Shown here one piece after another: positions 29,911-37,863 of a stretch of DNA of 64,000 nucleotides. Source of the DNA: Escherichia phage OliverMaurmann_Bas86; sequence record PQ850622.1; one strand, written 5' to 3'. Made by a program: the position numbers and the translations under genes. The notes below the pieces were generated by a model, which worked only from the letters and a program-made list of their open reading frames with translations, made no database searches and was not told the origin of the DNA. The stretch's first letter is position 1; each line of letters opens with the position of its first letter.

Positions 29911-30213
29911 CTAGATTAAATCGTAATACTTAATAATATCAGAGAGCTTAAACTCTCGAATGTCATTCTTATCATTGTCCCAAGCGGTCATTATCCAACA
30001 AGGTTTGCCCCCATTATGATAACGGGAAGAAGCAACTGAGGTTCGTAAAGGAATAACGGAGCGGTCTGCAATCTCGCCTCTCCAATTACGATAGCTAAAG
30101 CGAAGAACTTGTTTCGTAGATACTTGATCATGTGTGTTTTCCTTGTTCATAGATTCAAAGATTTCCCTTTCTTCAGGAGTCTCTAGATTTTTTAAATTCG
30201 CGTCTTGCATCAT
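29911..30213 (-). CDS. Hypothetical protein
   Basis: 100 aa ORF; no recognised motif. Confidence 0.4.
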   Translation of the reverse strand: MMQDANLKNLETPEEREIFESMNKENTHDQVSTKQVLRFSYRNWRGEIADRSVIPLRTSVASSRYHNGGKPCWIMTAWDNDKNDIREFKLSDIIKYYDLI

Positions 30214-30577
30214 TCTCTTCCTTAGTTTTTATCTTATGGCAAGGCTCTTTGCATAAGACTTGAAAACCATCTTTCTCAACTAAAGCCCTCTCGATGATTT
30301 CATCCCAAGTAGCTTCATGGTCCACTGGGACAATAGGCTCTATATGGTCTACTGCTACGTCTTTAAGAGGAGAATCATTACCACACATAGCACACTTATA
30401 GTGCATTGCCAGTTTGCCAGTTTTAGGGTTGATTTTACGTTCTGTCTGAGCCTCTTTGAGAGAATCAAACATAGGTTTCCATTTCCTAGTCAGAGAACGA
30501 ATCCCTGACTTAATGAAGGAGTTATAACGTGCTTCAGTCCACTGACCAGAGCATCTTGTCTTCTCAGCTTTCGCCAT
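30173..30577 (-). CDS. HNH endonuclease
   Basis: 134 aa; CAMCGN...VDHIEPIVPVDHEATWD...LCKEPCHKIKT. Confidence 0.7.
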   Translation of the reverse strand: MAKAEKTRCSGQWTEARYNSFIKSGIRSLTRKWKPMFDSLKEAQTERKINPKTGKLAMHYKCAMCGNDSPLKDVAVDHIEPIVPVDHEATWDEIIERALVEKDGFQVLCKEPCHKIKTKEENDARREFKKSRDS

Positions 30578-30755
30578 AACCTACATCCATATCAGCGTCT
30601 TCCCAAATGCGTTTATTGACTCGGTGTGATTCTTTATCAGCACGAGGGATACGACCTGTGCGACGATCAAATGCTTGGTGCTTAATCTTTTGATCTTTAC
30701 GAGATTCACGAGTAGAGGAGTTTTCATCATACGAACGATAGTCAAATTTACCCAT
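30564..30755 (-). CDS. Small basic hypothetical protein
   Basis: 63 aa, Arg/Lys-rich. Confidence 0.3.
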   Translation of the reverse strand: MGKFDYRSYDENSSTRESRKDQKIKHQAFDRRTGRIPRADKESHRVNKRIWEDADMDVGYGES

Positions 30756-30768
30756 TATAATATCCTTA

Positions 30769-31587
30769 TTACCAAGTTTTATCTAACCATGACCAATCAA
30801 AGAGGTCACCTTCAGCTTGTCCAACGAAGAGCAATCGAGCATTTTCTAACATCTTAGCTTCTGCTTCTTCCTCGAACCTTTTATAGTATTCCATTCGTAT
30901 AATATGATAAAGAGTCCACTTATCGAATACCTTCTCAATAAGTTTGATTGCAGCCTTACTACCAATGCCTTTACGACGCATTACTAGATTGCCACCCCAC
31001 ATCATTTCAACCTTCTCACCGCATCCGGGAATGTTATCTGTGCTATCCCCGATCAGCATCTGGTAGAAGAAGTTCTGCCATGCTACTTCTTCTGATACAT
31101 AGTGAGGAGGTACTTCTTTCTGTCTCTCCCCGCAAGCCCAACGGTAATGCCATCCGGGAGTGATTAACAAGTCTTTATCACGGGTGCAAATGATAGTGTT
31201 CTTATCACGTCTCTGTCTTTCAGCTAGGGCATCATCCGCCTCTCTCCCAAAAACTTCTACGTATTCGTAATTCTCTTTAATGTAATCACTGACATTTTGC
31301 CAGTGGTGAGGTCTTTCTCCCGGTGGTCGATTAGCTTTATAACCTTGCTGCTTAGCAATATCAAACCGAAAATTACCACCTTCGCTGAAGTAAAAGATTG
31401 TTTTCTCACAACCAGACCTTGCAATGATTACATCTATTTTATGTTGAAGTCGTTCAATCAAGAATCCATAATCAACTGGAACACGACCTGTGTCTAGAAA
31501 AGGATGCTCTTGTGTAAGAGCACCGACTTCATATCGCAGAACATCTGCATCCACAATTGCTACTTCAGGATAGATTACATCAGACAT
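30769..31587 (-). CDS. 5'-3' exonuclease / flap endonuclease
   Basis: H3TH-type motif LIGDSTDNIPG; ORF track begins at TTG 31611, but ATG 31587 (MSDVIYPEVAIVDADVL) has a GGAGAG RBS and is preferred. Confidence 0.8.
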   Translation of the reverse strand: MSDVIYPEVAIVDADVLRYEVGALTQEHPFLDTGRVPVDYGFLIERLQHKIDVIIARSGCEKTIFYFSEGGNFRFDIAKQQGYKANRPPGERPHHWQNVSDYIKENYEYVEVFGREADDALAERQRRDKNTIICTRDKDLLITPGWHYRWACGERQKEVPPHYVSEEVAWQNFFYQMLIGDSTDNIPGCGEKVEMMWGGNLVMRRKGIGSKAAIKLIEKVFDKWTLYHIIRMEYYKRFEEEAEAKMLENARLLFVGQAEGDLFDWSWLDKTW

Positions 31588-32176
31588 AGAGATCTCTCCG
31601 TGTCTCTTCAATAATCCACTCTAAATCATCAACTGCCTCTTCTACAGAACGGTCATTAAAGAGGAGGTAGGTTGGTAGGTTTGTTCCTTCAATATAAGAA
31701 CGGGAGTCCCCTTCAAAGGAGCAGCCATCTCGGAGAATCTGAACTACTCGAACATAGAAGTGTTTCTCTAGTTCTTCAACTTCAGCTTTGAACCCACCAT
31801 CAGAGAAGACGATAACATCATTCTGTGATGGGATACGTTGTTGAATACTGCTAACAGCAAGTTTACCCATGCAGGTCTCACCAAACATAGGTTTCAGATA
31901 ATCCTCACTAGTTGCAATCATCAAGTCTCGAACTGACTTACCGCCCCATTCAGGACGGATATGTTCTTTCCACTCACGGTCGTTGTACAGCTCCATGAAC
32001 TTATAAAGAGGGAGACCTAATGCAGCAGCAGCCACCCGATACATAGGCTCCTTAAAAGCCTTTACATGCGGTCTAAACTCAGTGTTACCAGCGGTCTTCT
32101 CTAACCAAGCATTAGCGATTGTATCTTTACCACAACCCGGAGGTCCATTTAGAATTACTACTAATGGTTTACTCAT
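31580..32176 (-). CDS. P-loop nucleotide kinase (dNMP kinase-like)
   Basis: 198 aa; Walker A VVILNGPPGCGKDT near N-terminus, resembling phage dNMP kinases. Confidence 0.55.
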   Translation of the reverse strand: MSKPLVVILNGPPGCGKDTIANAWLEKTAGNTEFRPHVKAFKEPMYRVAAAALGLPLYKFMELYNDREWKEHIRPEWGGKSVRDLMIATSEDYLKPMFGETCMGKLAVSSIQQRIPSQNDVIVFSDGGFKAEVEELEKHFYVRVVQILRDGCSFEGDSRSYIEGTNLPTYLLFNDRSVEEAVDDLEWIIEETRRDLYV

Positions 32177-32826
32177 TATTGAATCATCCCTTGAAGATCT
32201 TCTTTATCAAAGTGCTTCTCTACTACCGCTTCATACAGATCACGATTCTCCGAATAACGGCGATAGAAGGTTCCGTGTGAAATTCCCAGCTCTTGTTGGA
32301 TGTGATCATGAGGAATACCGAGGAAGAGCATTGAGAACATACTTGCCATCTTGCGGTTTTCCATAATATCACTTAGGTCTTGGAAGAAGAAAAAGATTCT
32401 AGATTCCAAGAATGGGTCTCCAGTAGAATCATGCTTATCCATAGCAATCTCTAAAGGACTTTCCCATGAATTCATCTCGGGAGGTCTAAACATATCAGCC
32501 TCTGGAATAGAATAGATACGTCTGTCTCCAACTGTCTGACGATTAGAACGAATCGACCAGATGATATTCTTCACACGATAAGTCATGTGTTCAATATCTT
32601 TTTCATCGGTAAGCAGTAGTTCTTCTTGCTTTGCAAATACAAAACGCCAAGAGTTCAGTAACACTTCCTGAGCAACATCCTCTGCTTCGTGATAATCTTT
32701 AATGTCGTACATAAAATACTTATGCACAACTTTCCAATTCTCTCGATAGAATTCATCGAAGGTTGGGTAGTACTTAATAGGTATGCCATGAATACGATAG
32801 CGTGTGGGTGTTGTCTTTTTCTTCAT
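32176..32826 (-). CDS. Phage-encoded sigma-70-family sigma factor
   Basis: 216 aa; region-2-like [12 protein letters not shown] and C-terminal HTH-like [16 protein letters not shown]. Confidence 0.7.
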   Translation of the reverse strand: MKKKTTPTRYRIHGIPIKYYPTFDEFYRENWKVVHKYFMYDIKDYHEAEDVAQEVLLNSWRFVFAKQEELLLTDEKDIEHMTYRVKNIIWSIRSNRQTVGDRRIYSIPEADMFRPPEMNSWESPLEIAMDKHDSTGDPFLESRIFFFFQDLSDIMENRKMASMFSMLFLGIPHDHIQQELGISHGTFYRRYSENRDLYEAVVEKHFDKEDLQGMIQ

Positions 32827-32850
32827 AAGTCATCCTTAACTTACTTTACA

Positions 32851-33075
32851 TTAAACTACACAGAATAAATACATTGCTGTTTCAGGGGAAGGTATGTGGT
32901 CACTAGGATATCTAACCCTAATCCACTCATCATCTTCTGCTACATAATAAGCCCAATAAGACCCATTTTCATTAATAAAGAACTTGAAGGTACAACCAAA
33001 GATTTGGTTATTGTGTTCCCATACTGCATGAAACTGAGTAACACCTTCTGGTATTGTAAGTTCCGCTCTGATCAT
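32851..33075 (-). CDS. Hypothetical protein
   Basis: 74 aa ORF. Confidence 0.35.
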   Translation of the reverse strand: MIRAELTIPEGVTQFHAVWEHNNQIFGCTFKFFINENGSYWAYYVAEDDEWIRVRYPSDHIPSPETAMYLFCVV

Positions 33076-33371
33076 TGTATTCCTCTCTCCTTTAGAGCTT
33101 TAAGCAAACCGTTGTGGTTAGCGGCACAGGTTGTATAATTGTCCTGATACCACTCGAGTGTTGTTGCAAGTGCTACTCCCTGTCCACTCTGAAGTAAAGG
33201 GAGGTCTACATCACATTCAGCTTTTAGGTTTGTTGGTAAGGGCATTAGCTGCCTGCTGTTGTCGCTCGTTGAACAAGCCATCAAACTAGAAGCGAGCAAA
33301 ATCACCAAACAACTCTTTTGCTTTTTCTTTGTAAGCATTTTCTGCACCTTCTTGAGTGCTATGATAACCAA
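33072..33371 (-). CDS. Lipoprotein (o-spanin candidate); true start probably the internal Met (MLTKKKQK...)
   Basis: Signal peptide with lipobox L-M-A-C (KKKQKSCLVILLASSLMAC); small mature domain with 3 Cys. Confidence 0.4.
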   Translation of the reverse strand: MVIIALKKVQKMLTKKKQKSCLVILLASSLMACSTSDNSRQLMPLPTNLKAECDVDLPLLQSGQGVALATTLEWYQDNYTTCAANHNGLLKALKERGIQ

Positions 33372-33780
33372 GCCAAATTACTTTGTTTTGATATCCGATA
33401 CGAGCACTCCATTTATTAATATCTGACCTGTATCCTACACCTTTTATTCCAGTTAAAGAGTTCTTTTGAACTATTTTATTGGCATTGTTGAGGACAGGTG
33501 TTGCTTTTCTTAGATTGCTCCAAGAGTTATTAGACTTATCTAAATCTTTATGGTCTATTTGGAAATCGGGAATTTCTCCAGTTTTTATATACCAAGCAAC
33601 TCGGTGAGCTTTGTATGTCTTTCTCTGAAAATTCAATGTTACATAACCAGCTTTTGTTTTACACCCTGCAACCTTTCCTGCGAGTCTTGAGTTCCACTGA
33701 GCGCTCTTATCTTTAGAATGTTTCCAGTACAGAAGACCGGAAGCCTCGTCATAAGACAGATATTTAATTAATTCTTTAAT
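33286..33780 (-). CDS. HNH homing endonuclease (HNH_3 + AP2-like), predicted ATT start
   Basis: ORF track starts at TTG 33636, but the frame stays open upstream and encodes the conserved N-terminal YLSYDEASGLLYW module; only candidate initiator is ATT 33780-33778, 7 nt after GGAGG. Confidence 0.55.
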   Translation of the reverse strand: MKELIKYLSYDEASGLLYWKHSKDKSAQWNSRLAGKVAGCKTKAGYVTLNFQRKTYKAHRVAWYIKTGEIPDFQIDHKDLDKSNNSWSNLRKATPVLNNANKIVQKNSLTGIKGVGYRSDINKWSARIGYQNKVIWLGYHSTQEGAENAYKEKAKELFGDFARF

Positions 33781-34109
33781 TTCAGTGCCTCCGCTGCTTG
33801 TTGTTGTCGTTCATTGAAAAGTCCTACATACTCATCACTAGCACACACATTGTAAAAAACTGGCTTAGTCTTTTCATAATGCATCTCTTTGTAAATAGTT
33901 TCCGTGTTCTTCTTCCAGTTAGATAAACCAGTCAGAACTTTCTGAGCCACTTCATCAGCAGCCTTAGCTCTCTCAACCTCAATCTCTTGCTGTTTCTTCT
34001 CTTGGTCAAGAGCATTACTATCACTTCTGTATTGCTCAAACTTGACACCACCAAAGAAAACCAGAGCTGTGAAGATTAAAAAACCTATATTGTTTTGAAG
34101 CTTTTCCAT
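33768..34109 (-). CDS. Membrane-anchored coiled-coil protein (i-spanin candidate)
   Basis: N-terminal TM segment IGFLIFTALVFFGG then charged coiled coil; ATG 34109 with GGAG RBS preferred over the GTG 34133 of the ORF track, which lies inside a terminator hairpin. Confidence 0.45.
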   Translation of the reverse strand: MEKLQNNIGFLIFTALVFFGGVKFEQYRSDSNALDQEKKQQEIEVERAKAADEVAQKVLTGLSNWKKNTETIYKEMHYEKTKPVFYNVCASDEYVGLFNERQQQAAEALKLKN

Positions 34110-34122
34110 TTTAACTCCAACG

Positions 34123-34145
34123 AAAAAAGCCACCCGAAGGTGGCT
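34123..34145 (-). terminator. Rho-independent terminator after SSB gene (AGCCACC-UUCG-GGUGGCU + U6 on - strand)
   Basis: Read directly; near-identical hairpin recurs at 37031-37054. Confidence 0.6.
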
Positions 34146-34167
34146 AAGCTATTACAAGGAGAGATTC

Positions 34168-34908
34168 TTAGAATGGGCTATCATCTTCTTCAAAGGTTGA
34201 TTGCGGCTCTTCGTTAATGGTAGGAATACTTGGAGTAGCATCTTTCTGTTCAGTGTCAGAAGCTTTAGTAACTTCACGACCAGCCAGAGGGATATTCTTA
34301 GCATCGTTAGCTTGAGTCAAGAGGTTACGTTGGAATGGGAAGATTGCTTGATAAGCAGCTAAGTTAGCGTCAGTCTCAGCATACGGTTCGAAGAAGATCA
34401 ACTCACTACGAGGAGCACCTACCGCGTCACGATATTTAGTCGGGATTGGAGTGATGCTTTTAATGGAGTTTTTCTTCTCACCAGCTTTATTGGTGTAAGA
34501 GTTAACCAGAATGTTAACAGGCTGACCTAACAGCATATCTTTAAACCAACCCAAATCACCTTTCAGTGCTTGAACACTTGGGTCGATCATTTTAATCAGA
34601 TTTAGAATACCAGAGTTCTTAGCTCGTGGGTTTACATCAAAAGATTTAAACTGGCAAGCAGGACGAGGGTCCAGAGGTTTGCCTTCATTATCAGTCCCTG
34701 TTGCATCTACGCCAATCAGCTCAAAAGCTAAGTCCATACGGAAAGCTGGGTTCTTAGGAGTAACTGCTTTGGTTTTAGGGTCAATCCAAGGGTCACGATT
34801 GTGAACACCCAAACCTACAACACGAACAATACGTGCTTCGTACTCACCATCAGGGATTACATCGTAGTTGGATTTACGGGATACAGACAGTTCAGGGATC
34901 ATAGACAT
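34168..34908 (-). CDS. ssb: Single-stranded DNA-binding protein
   Basis: 246 aa; acidic C-terminal tail ending EEDDSPF, like the SSB C-terminal DDDIPF-type interaction tail. Confidence 0.65.
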   Translation of the reverse strand: MSMIPELSVSRKSNYDVIPDGEYEARIVRVVGLGVHNRDPWIDPKTKAVTPKNPAFRMDLAFELIGVDATGTDNEGKPLDPRPACQFKSFDVNPRAKNSGILNLIKMIDPSVQALKGDLGWFKDMLLGQPVNILVNSYTNKAGEKKNSIKSITPIPTKYRDAVGAPRSELIFFEPYAETDANLAAYQAIFPFQRNLLTQANDAKNIPLAGREVTKASDTEQKDATPSIPTINEEPQSTFEEDDSPF

Positions 34909-34967
34909 ATTAATATTTCCTTATATAGATTTAAGATTGTTGCTCTCTTTGAGCGGTTTGTATACTA

Positions 34968-34976
34968 TATACATTA
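34968..34976 (-). promoter_or_regulatory. TAATGTATA motif (on - strand), candidate promoter element for SSB
   Basis: Exact 9-mer in coding orientation ~60 nt upstream of SSB ATG. Confidence 0.35.
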
Positions 34977-35243
34977 CACTTATACAGATAAGGTTCTATT
35001 ATACTATAACCTTTTTGGTAGTAGATAATGACAAGTAGTAATGTATATATGGTATAGCTAGTAAAGCTATTGCAGGCTTGTATATTGGGCAATCATTGTA
35101 ACCCTTGCAAGTACCGAAGGGCAGGAGACACCTGCGAGATAAAAATAGAGAATTAAGGAATCCTTGATTTAGGTTGTGGGGACTCCTAGGGACTTTGATT
35201 CTCTATTAAAATCAAAAGAAAACTTAACTTAAAACAATAACTT

Positions 35244-35882
35244 CTACCATTCTAAAAGACCTTTAAAACTAGTTTGTTCTACTGTTCTCTGATAAGGTAA
35301 GTTAGATTCTGCTTGTTTGCTTAGCATCTCTTGTACTTTATCAGTAATTGGATAATCTTTTTGTAATAAAGAAGCTACCCACTCTTTCCTACTTTCCAGC
35401 TCTTTTCTAATTTCTTGCAGAGACACAGCTCTGTAATCAATTTGTTCCATAGAGGTACAAAAATATCTCCAATCTTTGATAGTAGAATTATGAGTATGAG
35501 CATAGATATTATACTTTCCTCTCATTTCATCAGAGTGAATAGGGATATGAGTTACCCAAAATTCTTTGTATTTATAATCACCACTGATGTGTCTAAAGAC
35601 TTTCATCATATCAGGTAGAAGTTCTAATCTATCATGGTTCCCTAAGACAAGATGTTTCTCTCCCTTTATTTCAGCGATAATATCAAGTGCATACTTCTCA
35701 AACACCCAGTCACCTGTAAAGAAAGTTTTATCACGTTTAGTAACATGATCAAACGCTGCTAAGATAGCTTTATCATGTTCTTCAATACTACTAAACTTCT
35801 TCCTAAAGTTACAGATATTACGATGGCCTAGGTGACCATCACCTGCAAAATAAACTTCAGCCACTTTCGTATGTGTCCTCAT
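35244..35882 (-). CDS. Calcineurin-like metallophosphoesterase
   Basis: 212 aa; motifs GDGHLGH, TGDWV, LGNHD, HTHN. Confidence 0.8.
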   Translation of the reverse strand: MRTHTKVAEVYFAGDGHLGHRNICNFRKKFSSIEEHDKAILAAFDHVTKRDKTFFTGDWVFEKYALDIIAEIKGEKHLVLGNHDRLELLPDMMKVFRHISGDYKYKEFWVTHIPIHSDEMRGKYNIYAHTHNSTIKDWRYFCTSMEQIDYRAVSLQEIRKELESRKEWVASLLQKDYPITDKVQEMLSKQAESNLPYQRTVEQTSFKGLLEW

Positions 35883-36007
35883 AATATGAGTAGTTGAAGG
35901 ATTCAGCTTTCGTTTCAGCCTCCTCCATATCGTCTGTTTCCAGAATCACTCTCCAGCCAGAGCCGTTAGGGTATTCAGCTCCCTCATCTAGCCAGACTTT
36001 GTATCGT

Positions 36008-36211
36008 TTAGATTGTGCAACCATCGCAGATGTAATCTCCACTGAGAGACTCTTGTAGGAGTCGAGATTGCTCATCGGCATACAGAGCATCAATTTCTTC
36101 CTTGAGCTTTGCAAGTTCTACGAAGTTTATCAATTGACCATAATCCGTCGCATCAGTGACGAATTGAAACAAACCTTTACCTTCAGCTTTAATAATATAC
36201 TCTTTAGACAT
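36008..36211 (-). CDS. Hypothetical protein
   Basis: 67 aa ORF. Confidence 0.3.
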   Translation of the reverse strand: MSKEYIIKAEGKGLFQFVTDATDYGQLINFVELAKLKEEIDALYADEQSRLLQESLSGDYICDGCTI

Positions 36212-36435
36212 TATAAGATCTCCCTTTGTTTGCTGTTAATGACTGTCATCGCTGTGACTGGATTGTTTGTTCCAAGATATTCTAGAACAGGGACACCCTT
36301 AGTCGGTTTATCAGCCTCTATGTAATTCTTAACCTTGCCACCAAGAACCGCTAGAGAAGCCTGAGCTTCCGCTTCATCATAATGAATTCGGTCAACTGTT
36401 TTCTTTCCAATCTTATAAGTGTGAACGTAAATCAT
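36211..36435 (-). CDS. Hypothetical protein
   Basis: Start refined to the internal ATG (MIYVHTYKIGKK...) with AAGGA RBS; the longer ORF-track start overlaps the upstream small ORF. Confidence 0.4.
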   Translation of the reverse strand: MIYVHTYKIGKKTVDRIHYDEAEAQASLAVLGGKVKNYIEADKPTKGVPVLEYLGTNNPVTAMTVINSKQREIL

Positions 36436-36446
36436 TTTAATCCTTA

Positions 36447-36626
36447 TTAACGAGTTGTAGTACGACTCCAACCTTCAACATAGCAATGACCGCCTACAAA
36501 CTTAGTAGGTGCATTAAATTCTTTTGATATTCGTGTCTCACAATCTTCTTTGCTGAAGTCTCCAAAAATATCTATTACCCAAAGAAACAAAGCAAAAGCG
36601 ACAGCCCAGCATATAAACTTCTTCAT
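36447..36626 (-). CDS. Small membrane protein (59 aa), absent from ORF track
   Basis: MKKFICWAVAFALFLWVIDIFG... ; start overlaps the stop of the upstream gene in an ATGA arrangement. Confidence 0.35.
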   Translation of the reverse strand: MKKFICWAVAFALFLWVIDIFGDFSKEDCETRISKEFNAPTKFVGGHCYVEGWSRTTTR

Positions 36627-37015
36627 CGTATCACCAGAGGCTCTTCAGAGTACACAGGAGAGGCTATTTCTACCGGAGGTGCTGCTCTAAGGTCATTAAG
36701 CCTTACGCCCTTCAGCATACCATCTAGGTGGTCCATTTTAGGGATACCGACAGGGAAGTCATCAATCCAAACATCCACAAAGAAACCCAAGCTCTGAGTG
36801 ACAGAATCCTTCTGAACACCGTTGCAAAAGATAACAGGAATATCTAGACTTGCTGCATCTGCTAGAAGCTCTTCATTTGAATACCCATTGGGCTGAGCAA
36901 AACGATAAGTGACAATACGAACATCGTGTCCACGAGATTTCATAAGACCTACAATGTGGGTCCACATCTCCTTGTCCACTGTAAAAGTGTCATCATAATC
37001 TAAACCAATATTCAT
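36623..37015 (-). CDS. HAD-like phosphatase (putative)
   Basis: 130 aa; N-terminal IGLDYDDTF (DxDxT-like) and later VWIDDFP. Confidence 0.45.
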   Translation of the reverse strand: MNIGLDYDDTFTVDKEMWTHIVGLMKSRGHDVRIVTYRFAQPNGYSNEELLADAASLDIPVIFCNGVQKDSVTQSLGFFVDVWIDDFPVGIPKMDHLDGMLKGVRLNDLRAAPPVEIASPVYSEEPLVIR

Positions 37016-37030
37016 ACTAGCCTCTTAGAC

Positions 37031-37054
37031 AAGAAAAGCCACCCGAAGGTAGCT
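37031..37054 (-). terminator. Rho-independent terminator (AGCUACC-UUCG-GGUGGCU + U-run on - strand)
   Basis: Read directly. Confidence 0.5.
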
Positions 37055-37296
37055 TATTTATTCTGTGTTTCCAGTTCACTGATACGAACTTTCAAACCAT
37101 TAATTTCAGCCTGAGCGGCTTCTAGCTTAATTAGGGCTTCTTCAGCGTCAGCTTCTGTTTGAAGAACCACAGTAGTTAGTTCATACAAAGCCTGACGTAG
37201 TGAATCTTTGCCCATAGAATGAATCTGTGCAACAAAGAATTGCTTACCTTCAGTTGTTTCTAGAGTCTCTTTCAATTCTTTAGATGTTAAAGTCAT
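37054..37296 (-). CDS. Coiled-coil hypothetical protein
   Basis: 80 aa, helical heptad-like sequence. Confidence 0.4.
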   Translation of the reverse strand: MTLTSKELKETLETTEGKQFFVAQIHSMGKDSLRQALYELTTVVLQTEADAEEALIKLEAAQAEINGLKVRISELETQNK

Positions 37297-37654
37297 TATT
37301 ACTCCCTTTCATAAATTTTGAGAACTGTACCACCATCCGCTTTAATCTGAGCAGCGACTTCATCGCGTTCTTCATTAGAATAAACCAGTTGGTTGTGAAA
37401 TTTTCCTGTAGCATCTTGGAAATATACATTCCATTTTGGAGCAGGTTTACGAATCAAATCCATCATTGATCTTTCTCCTCTCGTTCAACCCATGTATGAA
37501 AAAGCTCCCCATACACTTTGGCATCATCAAAACGTCCTTCTTCCTGTGCGAGTTTTTGTTGCTTCAAGCACCATTCAGAACTTTTTACTTCTTCCACTTC
37601 CTTGTCTCCTTAAAAAGAACTAATCAATAAGACTAGTTCATTTCGTAATACGAT

Positions 37655-37846
37655 TCAGCTCTTCCACGGGAGGTTGATGGTTAAATTCTTAATAGAGAAA
37701 TCTTTATCAGGAAACTCTTCCATTAACTCAGCCGCTTCTTGAATAGCTTTTCTTTCTGTGTTATAGATGCAGAAATGTCCATTACAGCAAACAATTGCAT
37801 CTTTTGCTCCCGTAATGGCCCATGTTTCATGTACATGTCTAGTCAT
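37655..37846 (-). CDS. Hypothetical protein
   Basis: 63 aa ORF immediately upstream of DNA polymerase gene. Confidence 0.4.
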   Translation of the reverse strand: MTRHVHETWAITGAKDAIVCCNGHFCIYNTERKAIQEAAELMEEFPDKDFSIKNLTINLPWKS

Positions 37847-37863
37847 TATTCCTCCACTACAAA

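Noticed and set aside
34110-34133. GTG start at 34133 for the TM/coiled-coil gene
   Set aside because: This codon lies inside the terminator hairpin; ATG at 34109 with a GGAG RBS downstream of the U-run is a better start.
35090-35243. Possible tRNA or small RNA gene in the SSB-upstream intergenic region
   Set aside because: No cloverleaf-compatible arrangement or T-loop GTTC-type box could be discerned by eye; retained only as a structured regulatory region.
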